This document shows positions 20,734 through 30,209 of a stretch of 64,000 nucleotides of DNA, piece after piece; position 1 is the first letter of the stretch; each line of letters opens with the position of its first letter. The notes beneath the pieces were generated by a model. The model had not been told where the DNA came from, did no database searches, and worked only from the letters and a program-made list of their open reading frames with translations. The stretch lies in assembly GCA_047601445.1 (NCBI GenBank), contig JASGJH010000001.1:1184001-1248000 (forward strand). Reading direction: 5' to 3'. Made by a program: the position numbers and the translations under genes. This DNA comes from Myxococcales bacterium (GTDB taxonomy: Bacteria > Myxococcota_A > Polyangia > Polyangiales > DASUME01).

Positions 20734-22107
20734 CTAGTTGCGGGCCGCTGAGTTGGGCGCGGCACGCCGAATGACCGGCGGTCGCCAGGATCCATCGAGG
20801 ATGGGGGCCTTGCCCCAGTACGCCCGGATGTAGAGCGAAAAGGGGCCTTCGGGGGCCGGTAGCCAATTGGACTCCCTGTCGGGGCGCGCCGGTTGCGCGC
20901 CGACGTATAGAGTCAAGGAGCCGTCGTCCATTCGCTTCAAGTCCTCGTTCTTGGTACCGATTGAATAGCGACCCAGACTGTTTGGAAAGAAGAAGTGCTC
21001 TTCGTTGTAGAGTGTCAGCGACCAGAAGCCATGCACCGGCGGTTCTTGACCAGGCGCGAACACGACCTCGTAGGCGTTGCCGCCATGGAGCTTCGCTCCC
21101 GACGAATCGACATCGGTGTAGAAGTACTGCGTCTCACTGGGCCGGTTGTCGAACATGTTCGACTTGGCAGTGCCAGTGCGATCGAAGTAGTCGAGGCCCC
21201 ACTGCGCGTTGTTCACGGAACGGTTCCAGCCGTTGCCCGCTGGCCGGCCGTTGTGCCTCCATGCGAAGAAGGGCGCGATGACGTCCTGCTCTGCCGCGAC
21301 CGCCTCTGCCGCGATCGCGCGCTTTAGCTCTGGATCTCGGGCCGCGACCTGCAGGAGCCAGCGGAACTGCGCGTACTGCGCCTCCTCTCCGGCGAGCGGG
21401 GGAACCATCTCTAGCACCTGCGGCAAATCGTCGAAGAACTTGTCTGGAACCACCCATCCGGTTTCCCTCTTTCCCTGCGGCTCGGGGCTCGGAAGACTTG
21501 GCGCTTCGCTCCAATCAATGTACTTCATCTTCCCGTCGAACTCCCCGAGCGGGTAGGCGGCGATCTGGTCGATGACGGGCTGGATCGCGGCGCGGTCGCT
21601 GTCGCTACTCTTCATGAAAACGCGAGGGATGGCATTGGCCAGCGTCGTTGAGGATCGGATCACGCTCGCAATCCCGTTGGGCACATCGCCCTGCCAGCTT
21701 GGTCCCACCAACAAGTAGAAGCCCGGCTTGGTGCCGTAGGGCTGACCGAGTTCACCAAACTGATCAGTCCGCTGATCGTACAGCGCGTATACCCAGAACC
21801 GTTCGCCAAAGTCGGGCACCTGAATGACGACGGGCTCGCTATCGAGATCGAAGAAGCCCAGGCCATAGACCACGTCCTGGTTTGGGCACACTACGAAGCG
21901 CTCACTCGGCTCGATGTAATCGTGGAGCATGCACAGGTGCCCGCGCGGCGCGACAGGCAGGACCCCGCCCAGCAGGCCGGGGCGAGGCGCGCGCGTAATC
22001 TTGGCCCTGCGGTTGAGCATGTTGACCATCGGCCAACCCCAAATGTACGCAGCCCTCGCGACCGTCCTGGCGTACGCGGAATGTGCCACTGCGTCCTCGT
22101 TCGGCAT
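20734..22107 (-). CDS. DUF1254/DUF1214 domain protein (paralog)
   Basis: [27 protein letters not shown]; probable start MPNEDAV at 22107. Confidence 0.85.
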   Translation of the reverse strand: MPNEDAVAHSAYARTVARAAYIWGWPMVNMLNRRAKITRAPRPGLLGGVLPVAPRGHLCMLHDYIEPSERFVVCPNQDVVYGLGFFDLDSEPVVIQVPDFGERFWVYALYDQRTDQFGELGQPYGTKPGFYLLVGPSWQGDVPNGIASVIRSSTTLANAIPRVFMKSSDSDRAAIQPVIDQIAAYPLGEFDGKMKYIDWSEAPSLPSPEPQGKRETGWVVPDKFFDDLPQVLEMVPPLAGEEAQYAQFRWLLQVAARDPELKRAIAAEAVAAEQDVIAPFFAWRHNGRPAGNGWNRSVNNAQWGLDYFDRTGTAKSNMFDNRPSETQYFYTDVDSSGAKLHGGNAYEVVFAPGQEPPVHGFWSLTLYNEEHFFFPNSLGRYSIGTKNEDLKRMDDGSLTLYVGAQPARPDRESNWLPAPEGPFSLYIRAYWGKAPILDGSWRPPVIRRAAPNSAARN

Positions 22108-22428
22108 TTCGCCCTCCCGGCAGCGACGACTTTGTCGAACACAGACGCACGACCCGAAGTCGCCAGCTTTGCACTGAGACGTACTCGCGCCGCGCGAGTC
22201 GCCAAGTGGTTCGAGCCAAGTCCGCGCCGGCAGGTGGACCGTGCACCGTCGAGGCCGGGGGATGACCGCGACGCAACTGCACTGCGTGAGCGACGAGGAA
22301 CCGCGAACTGTGGAAGCCCGGTGACACGGGGGAGGGAACGGCTGACACAACGTACTGCACGGCCGACGCATCGATAGACATCCTGACCATCTAGGTTCGT
22401 GCACGTGTGCCGACGACCAGGATGCGTC

Positions 22429-23202
22429 TTAGAGAGTCACGTCGGGAAACATGCTGTCCTCCGGGAAGTCCGAGCCTAGACATGCTTCGCGCGTCGGTTC
22501 GGTGGGCGGCATGTCTTCCACCTTGCGCAGCGTAAGCGTCGCGCTGCCGCCCAGGTCTTCCCCAAGCGCGGTTGGCTCTCGCACAGCGAACTTGATGTTT
22601 GGAAAGGCCTTCATCGCGGGATCGTACTTACCCTTGATGCGTCCCTTGTAGAAGTACTTCCGTTCGCCGACCAGGCTCGTTGCGTGATAGAAGCCGCGCG
22701 ATTCCCCCTCGAACTCGCCGGACAGACAGTCCACGACTCCTTCGATAAAGGACCGAGCTTTGCCGTCGTCGACGTTGGTCTCTGGGTTCACGACATGCAC
22801 ACAGCCGGTGCCGACCGTGCTGAACTCGCCCGGCTCCGGATCTTGCAACGTCAAGGTGTAGGCGCTCTTCATCTCCACCGGGAAGATCAGGAGGCCGCCA
22901 AAGGTTGCTGCCGCGGAGCGATACGTGCCTGTTGCGTTTCCCTGATAGGTCCCGGGCACACAAAGCAGCGGCACGGGCTCACAGCGGTCGTCGGCACACG
23001 CGTCGGTCGCTTCTTGGTCGCCATCTCCGTCGCCATCTCCGTCGCCGTCACCGACGCTACCGTCACCGTCACCGTCACCGTCGCCCTGCAAAGAGGCGTC
23101 TGGCCCCTCGACGCGGCCGACCGTGCCTTGGGTACATGCCATGCCGGCAGTGGTCGCGAGCAAGAGTTGCCAGGTTCGTGTCAACCGCGAGATTCGCTTC
23201 AT
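22429..23202 (-). CDS. Lipoprotein with Gly-Asp repeat linker
   Basis: GMAC lipobox, (GD)n tract. Confidence 0.8.
   Translation of the reverse strand: MKRISRLTRTWQLLLATTAGMACTQGTVGRVEGPDASLQGDGDGDGDGSVGDGDGDGDGDGDQEATDACADDRCEPVPLLCVPGTYQGNATGTYRSAAATFGGLLIFPVEMKSAYTLTLQDPEPGEFSTVGTGCVHVVNPETNVDDGKARSFIEGVVDCLSGEFEGESRGFYHATSLVGERKYFYKGRIKGKYDPAMKAFPNIKFAVREPTALGEDLGGSATLTLRKVEDMPPTEPTREACLGSDFPEDSMFPDVTL
23019..23085 (-). repeat. Hexamer-type tandem repeat encoding (Gly-Asp)n
   Basis: Repeated ccgtca/ccatct/ccgtcg units. Confidence 0.8.
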
Positions 23203-23231
23203 GTCATCCTCTCGCCGTGAATGTCTCGAGC

Positions 23232-24215
23232 ATGACCGGCCTTGGAGAAAACGCGCGCGCGAACGGACTCATGTTCATCCTCTTCCTCGCGTGCTTCGGC
23301 GGCGGCGATGCCGCACGCGCGACGGCGCAAGATCACGGTGGGGGCACTGGGACTGCTGAAACTCTCGCTTTGGAGGTCACACCAGGAGCAACCTGCTTGA
23401 TGCGCACGAGGCTCATGGAGCGGCTCACAGAATGGATGACCGGGCGGCCCATGGCCCCTGGCTTGCGCGCAGAAGTCATCGGATCCCCTGACGATCCGCA
23501 AGGGGTGCACTTCGTGCTCTGGCGTGATCTCGAGAGGCTGACCGAGCGCCGCTTTGCTCCTGGTCCAACCGATTGCGCACAGCTCCATGCCGTGGTTGCG
23601 CTGGCGATCGCCATAGCCCTGCGCACCACACTGCTCCACGATCTCGCCGTTATCCCGCCGCCGCTCCCACCGGCAGTACCTGCACCAGCCCACCCTCGAG
23701 TCGCGATAGGCGTGGACGCGCTCTTGGGTAGTGGGCTGGCTCCGGGCCTGGGCGCAGGGCTCTCGGCGCACGCCTCGTATGCGCCGCGACGGTGGTTCGG
23801 AGCGCGCTTCGGCGGGCTCGCCTCATTCGGACATCATGGACAAATTTCGGGTACTTCCGGCGGCTACAGCGCCGACCTGGTCGCCAGCCTGCTCGAACTC
23901 TGCTTCCAGGGGCGCGGCGCCGCCTGGCTTGAGGTTGCGACGTGCACTGGACCCGCGCTTGGTGCGCTGTTTACCGAAGGCGAAGGCTTCACCACGAACA
24001 GCTCGGCCTCCATGCTGTGGGCGCGCTGGCTGGCCAACGCCGAAGTTGTGCTGCGCATTGGCCCCCGCCTGGGGATTGCCCTCGGGGTCTTGATGGGGGT
24101 TCCGCTGATGGCTCCGCGCGCCGTGGTCCGCGACCAACGAGGCGGAATCGCGCACCATTCCCGGGTGGACGGCTTGGGTAGCGCAGTCACCGCCGGCCTG
24201 CGCGTGGACCTCTAA
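23232..24215 (+). CDS. Hypothetical exported protein with a C-terminal beta-barrel-like region, ECF cluster
   Basis: Signal-like N-terminus, Pro-rich linker, amphipathic strands; directly upstream of the ECF sigma factor. Confidence 0.65.
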   Translation: MTGLGENARANGLMFILFLACFGGGDAARATAQDHGGGTGTAETLALEVTPGATCLMRTRLMERLTEWMTGRPMAPGLRAEVIGSPDDPQGVHFVLWRDLERLTERRFAPGPTDCAQLHAVVALAIAIALRTTLLHDLAVIPPPLPPAVPAPAHPRVAIGVDALLGSGLAPGLGAGLSAHASYAPRRWFGARFGGLASFGHHGQISGTSGGYSADLVASLLELCFQGRGAAWLEVATCTGPALGALFTEGEGFTTNSSASMLWARWLANAEVVLRIGPRLGIALGVLMGVPLMAPRAVVRDQRGGIAHHSRVDGLGSAVTAGLRVDL

Positions 24216-24272
24216 CCGGTCACCCCGCTTTTTCTCCAAGGCCGCGCCCGCCGGCGACATATATGTCGCACG

Positions 24273-24839
24273 ATGGCGGAGTTGCGGCCCGAAGGGCCAA
24301 TCGACACGGAGGCCCTCTTTCGAGGCTATGCCCCCTTCGTCGCACGCTTTTTGTATCGACTCGGGATACAGCGGAGCGCAGTGGAGGATCTCGTTCAAGA
24401 GGTCTTCCTTGTCGTCCATCGAGATGGCGGGTACCAGCCGGGACCAGCAAAGCCGAGCACCTACCTTGCGACCATTGCGGTCCGGATCGCCGCGAATCAT
24501 CGACGACGGCAACGCGCGCGCAACCTGTTGCTACAAAGTCTCTGGGCGCGAAAGCCCTCGGCCACCTCCTGCGCTTCCCCGCTCCTCGTGCTCGAAGCAA
24601 CGGAGGCGCAGCGCCTCCTGCAGCAAACCCTGGAGATGCTACCGCCTCCCCTTCGCACGATCCTGGTACTCGCAGACCTGGAGGAAATCGCCTGCCCTGA
24701 GATCGCCCAAGTGCTTTCGCTACCTGTAGGCACGGTGTATTGGCGCCTCCATCAAGCGCGCGAGCGCTTTGCTCGTGCGGCCGAGAAGAACCAGCGCACG
24801 GCACGGTACATGCGAATGCAGACGCGGGAGGGCCAATGA
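24273..24839 (+). CDS. ECF RNA polymerase sigma factor
   Basis: VEDLVQEVFL (region 2), EIAQVLSLPVGTVYWRLHQAR (region 4). Confidence 0.92.
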   Translation: MAELRPEGPIDTEALFRGYAPFVARFLYRLGIQRSAVEDLVQEVFLVVHRDGGYQPGPAKPSTYLATIAVRIAANHRRRQRARNLLLQSLWARKPSATSCASPLLVLEATEAQRLLQQTLEMLPPPLRTILVLADLEEIACPEIAQVLSLPVGTVYWRLHQARERFARAAEKNQRTARYMRMQTREGQ

Positions 24840-25639
24840 GCACCGACCCAACACAGCATCGGCGTGACCTCGCGCACGACCTCATCGAGGCTGGCCGGGC
24901 GTCGAACGTCGTCCAGTACGATGTCGAAATCGGTCTCGCGCGACACCGCCGCCTCGTGGACCTCACCCTCGTTGCAGGTCCGCTCACCCTCGGCCAACGC
25001 ATGCTCCGCTGGAGCACCAGCAAACTTGGCCTTGGCTTTCTGAGCCTAAGCATGCTGGTCAGCGCATTCGTCGTGCTGCGATGGGCACCTGAGGAGCGAC
25101 CAGCGGAGAGGGCGCCTCCAAATCCGAGGCCCGTGCTCGCCCAGCCCATCGCCGTTTCTCTCGCGACAGCGGAGAGCCCTGTGCCTCCGCGAACCGCCCC
25201 TCCAGCCCCCGCGCAAGCTGCGAGGAGGCGGCCATCGCGCACAACGGTGCATGCCCATCGAGTCAAACCCGTGCCCAACGAGGGCGACCAGCCCGCGGCC
25301 AACGCCCCCGAACCGTCTCTCGCACAGCCATCACTCGCCTCCGCGTCTCCCGAGGACCCGACCGCGCGGGAAGTGCGAGAGCTCGCCGATGCGGAACGTG
25401 TGCTCGCCGCGGATCCGAGCCTCGCCCTACGTCTCGCGCGCACGAGCGACGCACACTTCGCCCCCGGCTTCCTGCGACAGGAGCGATGCTACGTGATTCT
25501 GCGGGCTCTTCTTGCGCTCGAGCGGCGGAGCGAAGCCGAGCACGAGGCGCGACGCTTTCGAGCGCTCGACCAGGATCCCGCCTTTGCGGCGCGCTTGCAG
25601 CGCATTCTGGACGATGCGAAGCGGAAGTTGACTCCATGA
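24836..25639 (+). CDS. Putative anti-sigma factor (TM, Pro-rich linker, C-terminal TPR-like helices)
   Basis: ATGA overlap with the sigma factor; single TM; architecture typical of myxobacterial ECF partners. Confidence 0.7.
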   Translation: MSTDPTQHRRDLAHDLIEAGRASNVVQYDVEIGLARHRRLVDLTLVAGPLTLGQRMLRWSTSKLGLGFLSLSMLVSAFVVLRWAPEERPAERAPPNPRPVLAQPIAVSLATAESPVPPRTAPPAPAQAARRRPSRTTVHAHRVKPVPNEGDQPAANAPEPSLAQPSLASASPEDPTAREVRELADAERVLAADPSLALRLARTSDAHFAPGFLRQERCYVILRALLALERRSEAEHEARRFRALDQDPAFAARLQRILDDAKRKLTP

Positions 25640-26127
25640 GCTGCGACAGACCTCAGGGCTAGCCACCGCGGCGGATGCGATTGCGGAGGCGCGTGTACGC
25701 GACCGCGAACACAGCACTTGGGCTGGTTAGGGTGCGTCAGCGCGCCCGCGCGGCGGCTGAGAGAGAAGAGGGCGGGGGCGGGGATCTTTCGCTAGGCGGA
25801 CCCCTTTCGAGGTCCCACGTGGGAGGGGCTCGACGCGAATCAACATGCTGCGCACTTTCAGCTCCCGGTAGCGCTCGAGAACCCGCGCACTCGAGCCGTC
25901 TCGAAAACGGTATCCAGGTCTGGACAGCAACTCGCGGAAGGCATGTCCTAAGCACGGGCGCGTTCATGGATGAATGTCGCTCGTTCGCCGAGCGCTTGTC
26001 GTCTTCAATGAGCATGCGACTCGCGAAGATTGAAAAAGGCCACGCAATCCCGGGCAGGCCACTCACACACCGCAATGACGCACGCTGGCTGCGCTGATGG
26101 GCTGGGTGCTGCGGCGATCTTCTCGCG

Positions 26128-26877
26128 TCATGGGCATGTAACACCCGCTTCGTTCGCTCGGCACGCTTCGAGACGACGCAAGAGAGCTCGATAGAAGGTG
26201 TCCAGGATTTCCGGTCTGGGCACTCGGAGCTCATTCCATTCGAAGGCAGTCCGGAGCACGTTGCGGATGCGGATGAGCTGTTCGCGGCGCGCGAAATGCA
26301 GCTCGCACAGCGAGACCGTGCGCGTCTTGGTGGCGACGCCGGGACCCGGCGCTGCCGTGTCGGGTGGATAGCCGTACTTGTCGGAACCTTCCCGAAGCGC
26401 CAGAGTCACGGACTTCCCATCGTCTGACAGCGTCATTTGGTCCACCAATGCGTTGTCCATGCGCCAGTACCCGCTGTTCTCGTGGGGCGTCAGCTCCAGG
26501 CGATAGCCACTGGCGAGCTCGTGGCGAAACGCGTCGCTTCGCGGAGCGCGCTTGGTGTTGAGGAGGAGGCCGTGGATCGTCCCGGCCTCGATGCGCTCGA
26601 TGTGTTGTGACGGGAAGTAGTGGGCCGACGAAAGGCGCAGATTGCGGTTCCAGAAGAGCAGGTGAGGGTATTTGTGATCATCGAGCGGAGGGGCCAGAGT
26701 GTAGGTGGTGATCAACTCACGACCCTGCGGGCAGATCTGTTCTGCCTGGGCCAGGGCCTGGGTGCTCAGGGCGGTGCCCTGAGGAAACGTCAGGTAGACA
26801 TCGTGGGATGGCCCGGACTCCGTGCAGCTCGTGACGAAGAGCGCGAGGGCGCCGATACCGATCGAGACCGGATTCAT
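26128..26877 (-). CDS. Hypothetical lipoprotein
   Basis: MNPVSIGIGALALFVTSC lipobox within ORF 26128..27720. Confidence 0.6.
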   Translation of the reverse strand: MNPVSIGIGALALFVTSCTESGPSHDVYLTFPQGTALSTQALAQAEQICPQGRELITTYTLAPPLDDHKYPHLLFWNRNLRLSSAHYFPSQHIERIEAGTIHGLLLNTKRAPRSDAFRHELASGYRLELTPHENSGYWRMDNALVDQMTLSDDGKSVTLALREGSDKYGYPPDTAAPGPGVATKTRTVSLCELHFARREQLIRIRNVLRTAFEWNELRVPRPEILDTFYRALLRRLEACRANEAGVTCP

Positions 26878-27006
26878 GTGCTGTTTCCCCTGTTCAGAGA
26901 CGAAGTTCGCGTGGTGCGGGATCCTAGGGGCGGGTTGCCTTTTTTGTTTCCGACCCGACTGGTGCGCGATAGGTTCGCGGTTCCCATGGTGACCAGAGGC
27001 GGCCAA

Positions 27007-27459
27007 GTGCGAAGAGTGATAGGTCTGGCCGCGCTCGCAGCAGTTGTGACTGGCTGCATGCGCATGTGGCACTGGATTGAGGGCGTCGAGGAGCTGGGCG
27101 CTGGATACGTGTTCGACGGCACTGACCTGATTGTGCATATTCAGACGGATCACTACGAGGGGGCTGGCACGATCGCCGTGCCGCCGAAGGTGATCGCGTA
27201 CGCCTACGACGACAAATTTGCGCTCGTTTCGTCGAAGGATTCTTGCAGCGGGGCCGTCGTGTACTGGCTGATTTTGAAGACGGAGCCGTCGACGCAGCAA
27301 GCCATCGTCAAGGTCGGCTTTCCGAGTGGGCCTGCGTGGGCCAGCGCGTGCATCCCGCCGTCGCACTACAAGTTCTCGAACGTGCTCGGCCCGATGACGC
27401 AGGCGACATTTAGTGAGGCTCGGACGCAATACGCCGTTCCAGCGGAGCTTGGTTTGTGA
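27007..27459 (+). CDS. DUF3997-like lipoprotein
   Basis: GTG start, VVTGC lipobox, ELGAGY...VPPKVIAYAYDDKF. Confidence 0.6.
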   Translation: MRRVIGLAALAAVVTGCMRMWHWIEGVEELGAGYVFDGTDLIVHIQTDHYEGAGTIAVPPKVIAYAYDDKFALVSSKDSCSGAVVYWLILKTEPSTQQAIVKVGFPSGPAWASACIPPSHYKFSNVLGPMTQATFSEARTQYAVPAELGL

Positions 27460-27725
27460 GGGGGTCTCCAAAATGGACAAAATGTCGGGGGAAGGGGCTC
27501 CCCGCTCTCCAAATGACATTGGCTCTACAAAGCTGGGATCGTGGATGGGGAGTTTCGACAACCAGCTCGGGTGCTCCGGGCGTTTGTTCAGACTATGAGC
27601 AAACGTGATTTCGTTTCCTGGATAGCGCCGGCGCCCTCGGCCGTTGGCACGAGCGAGGGCTTCCGCCTTGCCCACGGGCCTCGGGCCTGTGTCCCCGCTG
27701 CAAACTATTCTCAGGCCCACGAACT

Positions 27726-28706
27726 ATGCCAACCATGATGAAAGCCGCGCTCGTCACCCGTTATGGGAGCGCAGACGCCGTTCGCCTCGGCGAACGGCCC
27801 ACCCCGGTTCCCAAGGCTGACGAAGTCTTGATCCGTGTGCACGCCAGCACGGTAAGTGCCGCTGATTGGCGCATACGCAGCGCTTCCGTGCCCCGCGGCT
27901 TCGGCCTTTTGATTCGCTTCGTGTTCGGCTTCCGCGGACCGCGTCAGCCCGTGCTAGGCTCGGAGCTTTCGGGCGTCGTGGAATCCGTCGGCGCGCGCGT
28001 CAGCCGCTTCCGTCCGGGCGACCGGGTCTTTGCGTTCCCAGGCGTCAAAATGGGCGCCCACGCGGAGTACCTCGCGATGCCTGAAGACGGTAAGGTGCTG
28101 CCCATTCCGGCCGGTCTCAGCATGGCGGAGGCGGCCGCGATCTGCTTCGGTGGCACCACGGCGCTCTACTTCTTGCGCGACAAAGCCAAGGTTCAGGCGG
28201 GGGAGAAGGTGCTGATCGTCGGAGCGTCAGGCAGCGTGGGTAGCGCCGCAGTTGAGCTCGCCAAGCACTTCGGCGCCGCGGTCACGGGCGTGTGCAGCGC
28301 TGCCAACCTGGAGTTCGTGCGCGACCTGGGAGCGGACCACGTCATCGACTATCAGGTGCAGGACTTCACGCAGGACGGCCAGCGCTACGACGTGATCATG
28401 GACTGCACCGGCACCGCGTCCTTCGCACGCTGCCGCGATTCGCTGACGCCTGGAGGACGGCTGCTCTTGGTGGTGGCGACCATGGGCCAGACGCTGGCCG
28501 CTTTGACGCGGAGGCAAGTCATCACGGGTGGCGGGCCCGAATCAGTGGATGACATGGCGACTTTGGCCGAACTTTGTGCGCGGGGAGTCTTTCATCCGCG
28601 GATCGGCGCAACCTTGACCTTCGAGGAGATCGCTCGTGCCCACGCGTTGGTGGAAAGCCAACACAAGCGCGCCAACTTGGTGCTTACGATGCCTTTGTCG
28701 CACTGA
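27726..28706 (+). CDS. NAD(P)-dependent MDR-family oxidoreductase (quinone reductase/ADH-like)
   Basis: VLIRVHASTV, GSELSGVVE, GASGSVG, LGADHVIDY. Confidence 0.92.
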   Translation: MPTMMKAALVTRYGSADAVRLGERPTPVPKADEVLIRVHASTVSAADWRIRSASVPRGFGLLIRFVFGFRGPRQPVLGSELSGVVESVGARVSRFRPGDRVFAFPGVKMGAHAEYLAMPEDGKVLPIPAGLSMAEAAAICFGGTTALYFLRDKAKVQAGEKVLIVGASGSVGSAAVELAKHFGAAVTGVCSAANLEFVRDLGADHVIDYQVQDFTQDGQRYDVIMDCTGTASFARCRDSLTPGGRLLLVVATMGQTLAALTRRQVITGGGPESVDDMATLAELCARGVFHPRIGATLTFEEIARAHALVESQHKRANLVLTMPLSH

Positions 28707-29070
28707 TCGCCGAGAGCGCTTCGCAACCTGCGAAGCGCTCTACCTTTATGCCCGAAGAGGAAAACGCACCAGGCATTTCAGCAGGTGTTGTGTCGGTTGA
28801 CTTCAGCAGGCTGGATTTCTCCAAGAAGCGAGTTCTCCCCGGGTACGCCGCAGTTCGCAATGTCGCCTTCGCCCCGGGGCGAAACACGGCGTGTCTGGGC
28901 ACGGGTAGGCGTGGGAGACGAGTGTTACCTGGCTGCCGTCCACGCGATCAGAGCTCAATACTGTTGAGCTCGTTGCCCCGGCATATGCGCATGTGCGCCA
29001 AGCCGCTCAGTGGTTTGAGTTGGCACGCGACGACGCACGTGCCCTCGTGCCTCCCGGGAGAGCCGGGCGA

Positions 29071-29120
29071 CCCGACATTTCTAAAAACCGCGATCCCGAC
29101 ATCTCTATAAAACGCCAACA
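29071..29120. mobile_element. Orphan IS terminal end, IS1202/IS481-like
   Basis: CCCGACAT[T/C]TCTA at 29071 and 29095 (24-bp period), ending ...ACA at 29120 (TGT on the minus strand); no transposase seen. Confidence 0.55.
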
Positions 29121-29130
29121 CAACCACTTC

Positions 29131-29202
29131 GGAGAGTAGACGCCGGGATCGCTCCCGGGGCCCCTCGCAGAACCGTACGTGCGGCTTTCCCGCATACGGC
29201 TC
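29131..29202 (-). ncRNA. Group II intron domains V-VI
   Basis: GAGCCGUAUGCGGGAAAGCCGCACGUACGGUUC (29202-29170), then GGGG...CCGGGAGCGAUCCCGG...CUACUC. Confidence 0.93.
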
Positions 29203-29207
29203 CCAGC

Positions 29208-30086
29208 TCAGCGCATCCGCGTCGGGGAAGGGTACAGGTGATGGACGACTCGAGGCTTAGGGATGATGTATCCCTCTTTCCAAAGCTGCAGGAAGCGCGC
29301 CCATGAGAACGACTTGCGCTGACTCCGCCGATTCAGCCACTTAAACAGCAGTTTCGCCGCCTGTCGGAAGTAGGCCCGGAGCGATCCGGAGTTCCCGCTG
29401 ACGCCGTAGTACTGCTCGTAGCCGCGTAGGTGTTGCCGAGCGTAGTCGAGCATGGCGCGCCCACCATCGGTTCGCAGACTCTTCAACCGCTCCTTGAGCC
29501 CCTGCAGCTGCCGCCGCATTCGCTTCGCGTCCGTGCGCCGGCCGACCACGAACTGGCCGGCTTGGCTCTTGGCTGCGTAGTGAGTGAACCCGAGGAAGGT
29601 GAAGGTCTCTGGTCGTGTTCGATTTTCTCGGTGGCAGTGCTGTTGGGCGAAGCGCCCAAAGCGCAGCATCTTCGTCTTGGAGGGTTCAGCCTCCAGGGCG
29701 AACTGACCGAGTCGCGCCACAAGCTCCGAGTGGAACCGCGTCGCGTCTTCCTGCTTCTCGAAGCACGCCACGAAGTCGTCCGCGTAGCGGATGAGCTCGG
29801 CGTCTCCGGTGCAGGTCTTTCGAAAGCGTCCCTCGAACCACCAGTCGAGCACGTAGTGAAGGTAGATGTTCGCGAGCACGGGCGACACGAGTCCGCCTTG
29901 CGGCGTTCCCGTGTTCGTGATCTCGAACGCACCATCGTGCATGACGCCAGCTTTGAGAAACCGTCGCAGCGTCCGCACAAAGTGCGGGTCCGCAATCCGG
30001 TGCTCGAGAAATCGCAGCATGTGATCATGGTTGACCTCATTGAAGAAGCCTTTGATGTCGGCTTCGACGACCCAGCCGATTCTCTG
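29208..30086 (-). pseudogene. ltrA: Group II intron RT/maturase, N-terminally truncated (RT3-7 + X domain, no endonuclease)
   Basis: WVVEADIKGFF, GTPQGGLVSPVLANIYLH, RYADD, FTFLGFTH, WLNRRSQ; in-frame TAA immediately upstream of 30086. Confidence 0.9.
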
Positions 30087-30181
30087 TTACCCGGGCGCAC
30101 GCAAGGCTGGATACCGGGCTCCCGGCTACGGGCTTCCCGGGGAGGAGTCCCACCTCCTAGGCAAACATGTCTTAACCAGTC

Positions 30182-30209
30182 ACTTCGCAGAAGATAGATT
30201 ATGTAAACC
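30182..30209 (+). other. dif: dif (XerC/XerD recombination) site
   Basis: ACTTCGCAGAA-GATAGA-TTATGTAAACC: arms match B. subtilis dif (ACTTCCTAGAA/TTATGTAAACT) at 9/11 and 10/11; KOPS polarity inverts around it. Confidence 0.85.

Noticed and set aside
27455..27490. Possible partner IS end (AAATGTCGGG is the inverse of 29071-29080), which would define a non-autonomous element around the oxidoreductase
   Set aside because: Only a 10-bp match; spacing to TGT and the second repeat do not fit; no target duplication seen
28746..28760. TTATGCCCGAAG as a second dif arm
   Set aside because: Wrong length and no XerD arm at the required spacing
29208..30086. Retron, DGR or defence-type reverse transcriptase
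   Set aside because: Motifs, X domain and adjacent DV/DVI identify a group II intron protein
30091..30100. Second GTGCG as the intron start
   Set aside because: Domain I-like sequence continues upstream to 30245, so this copy is an internal stem
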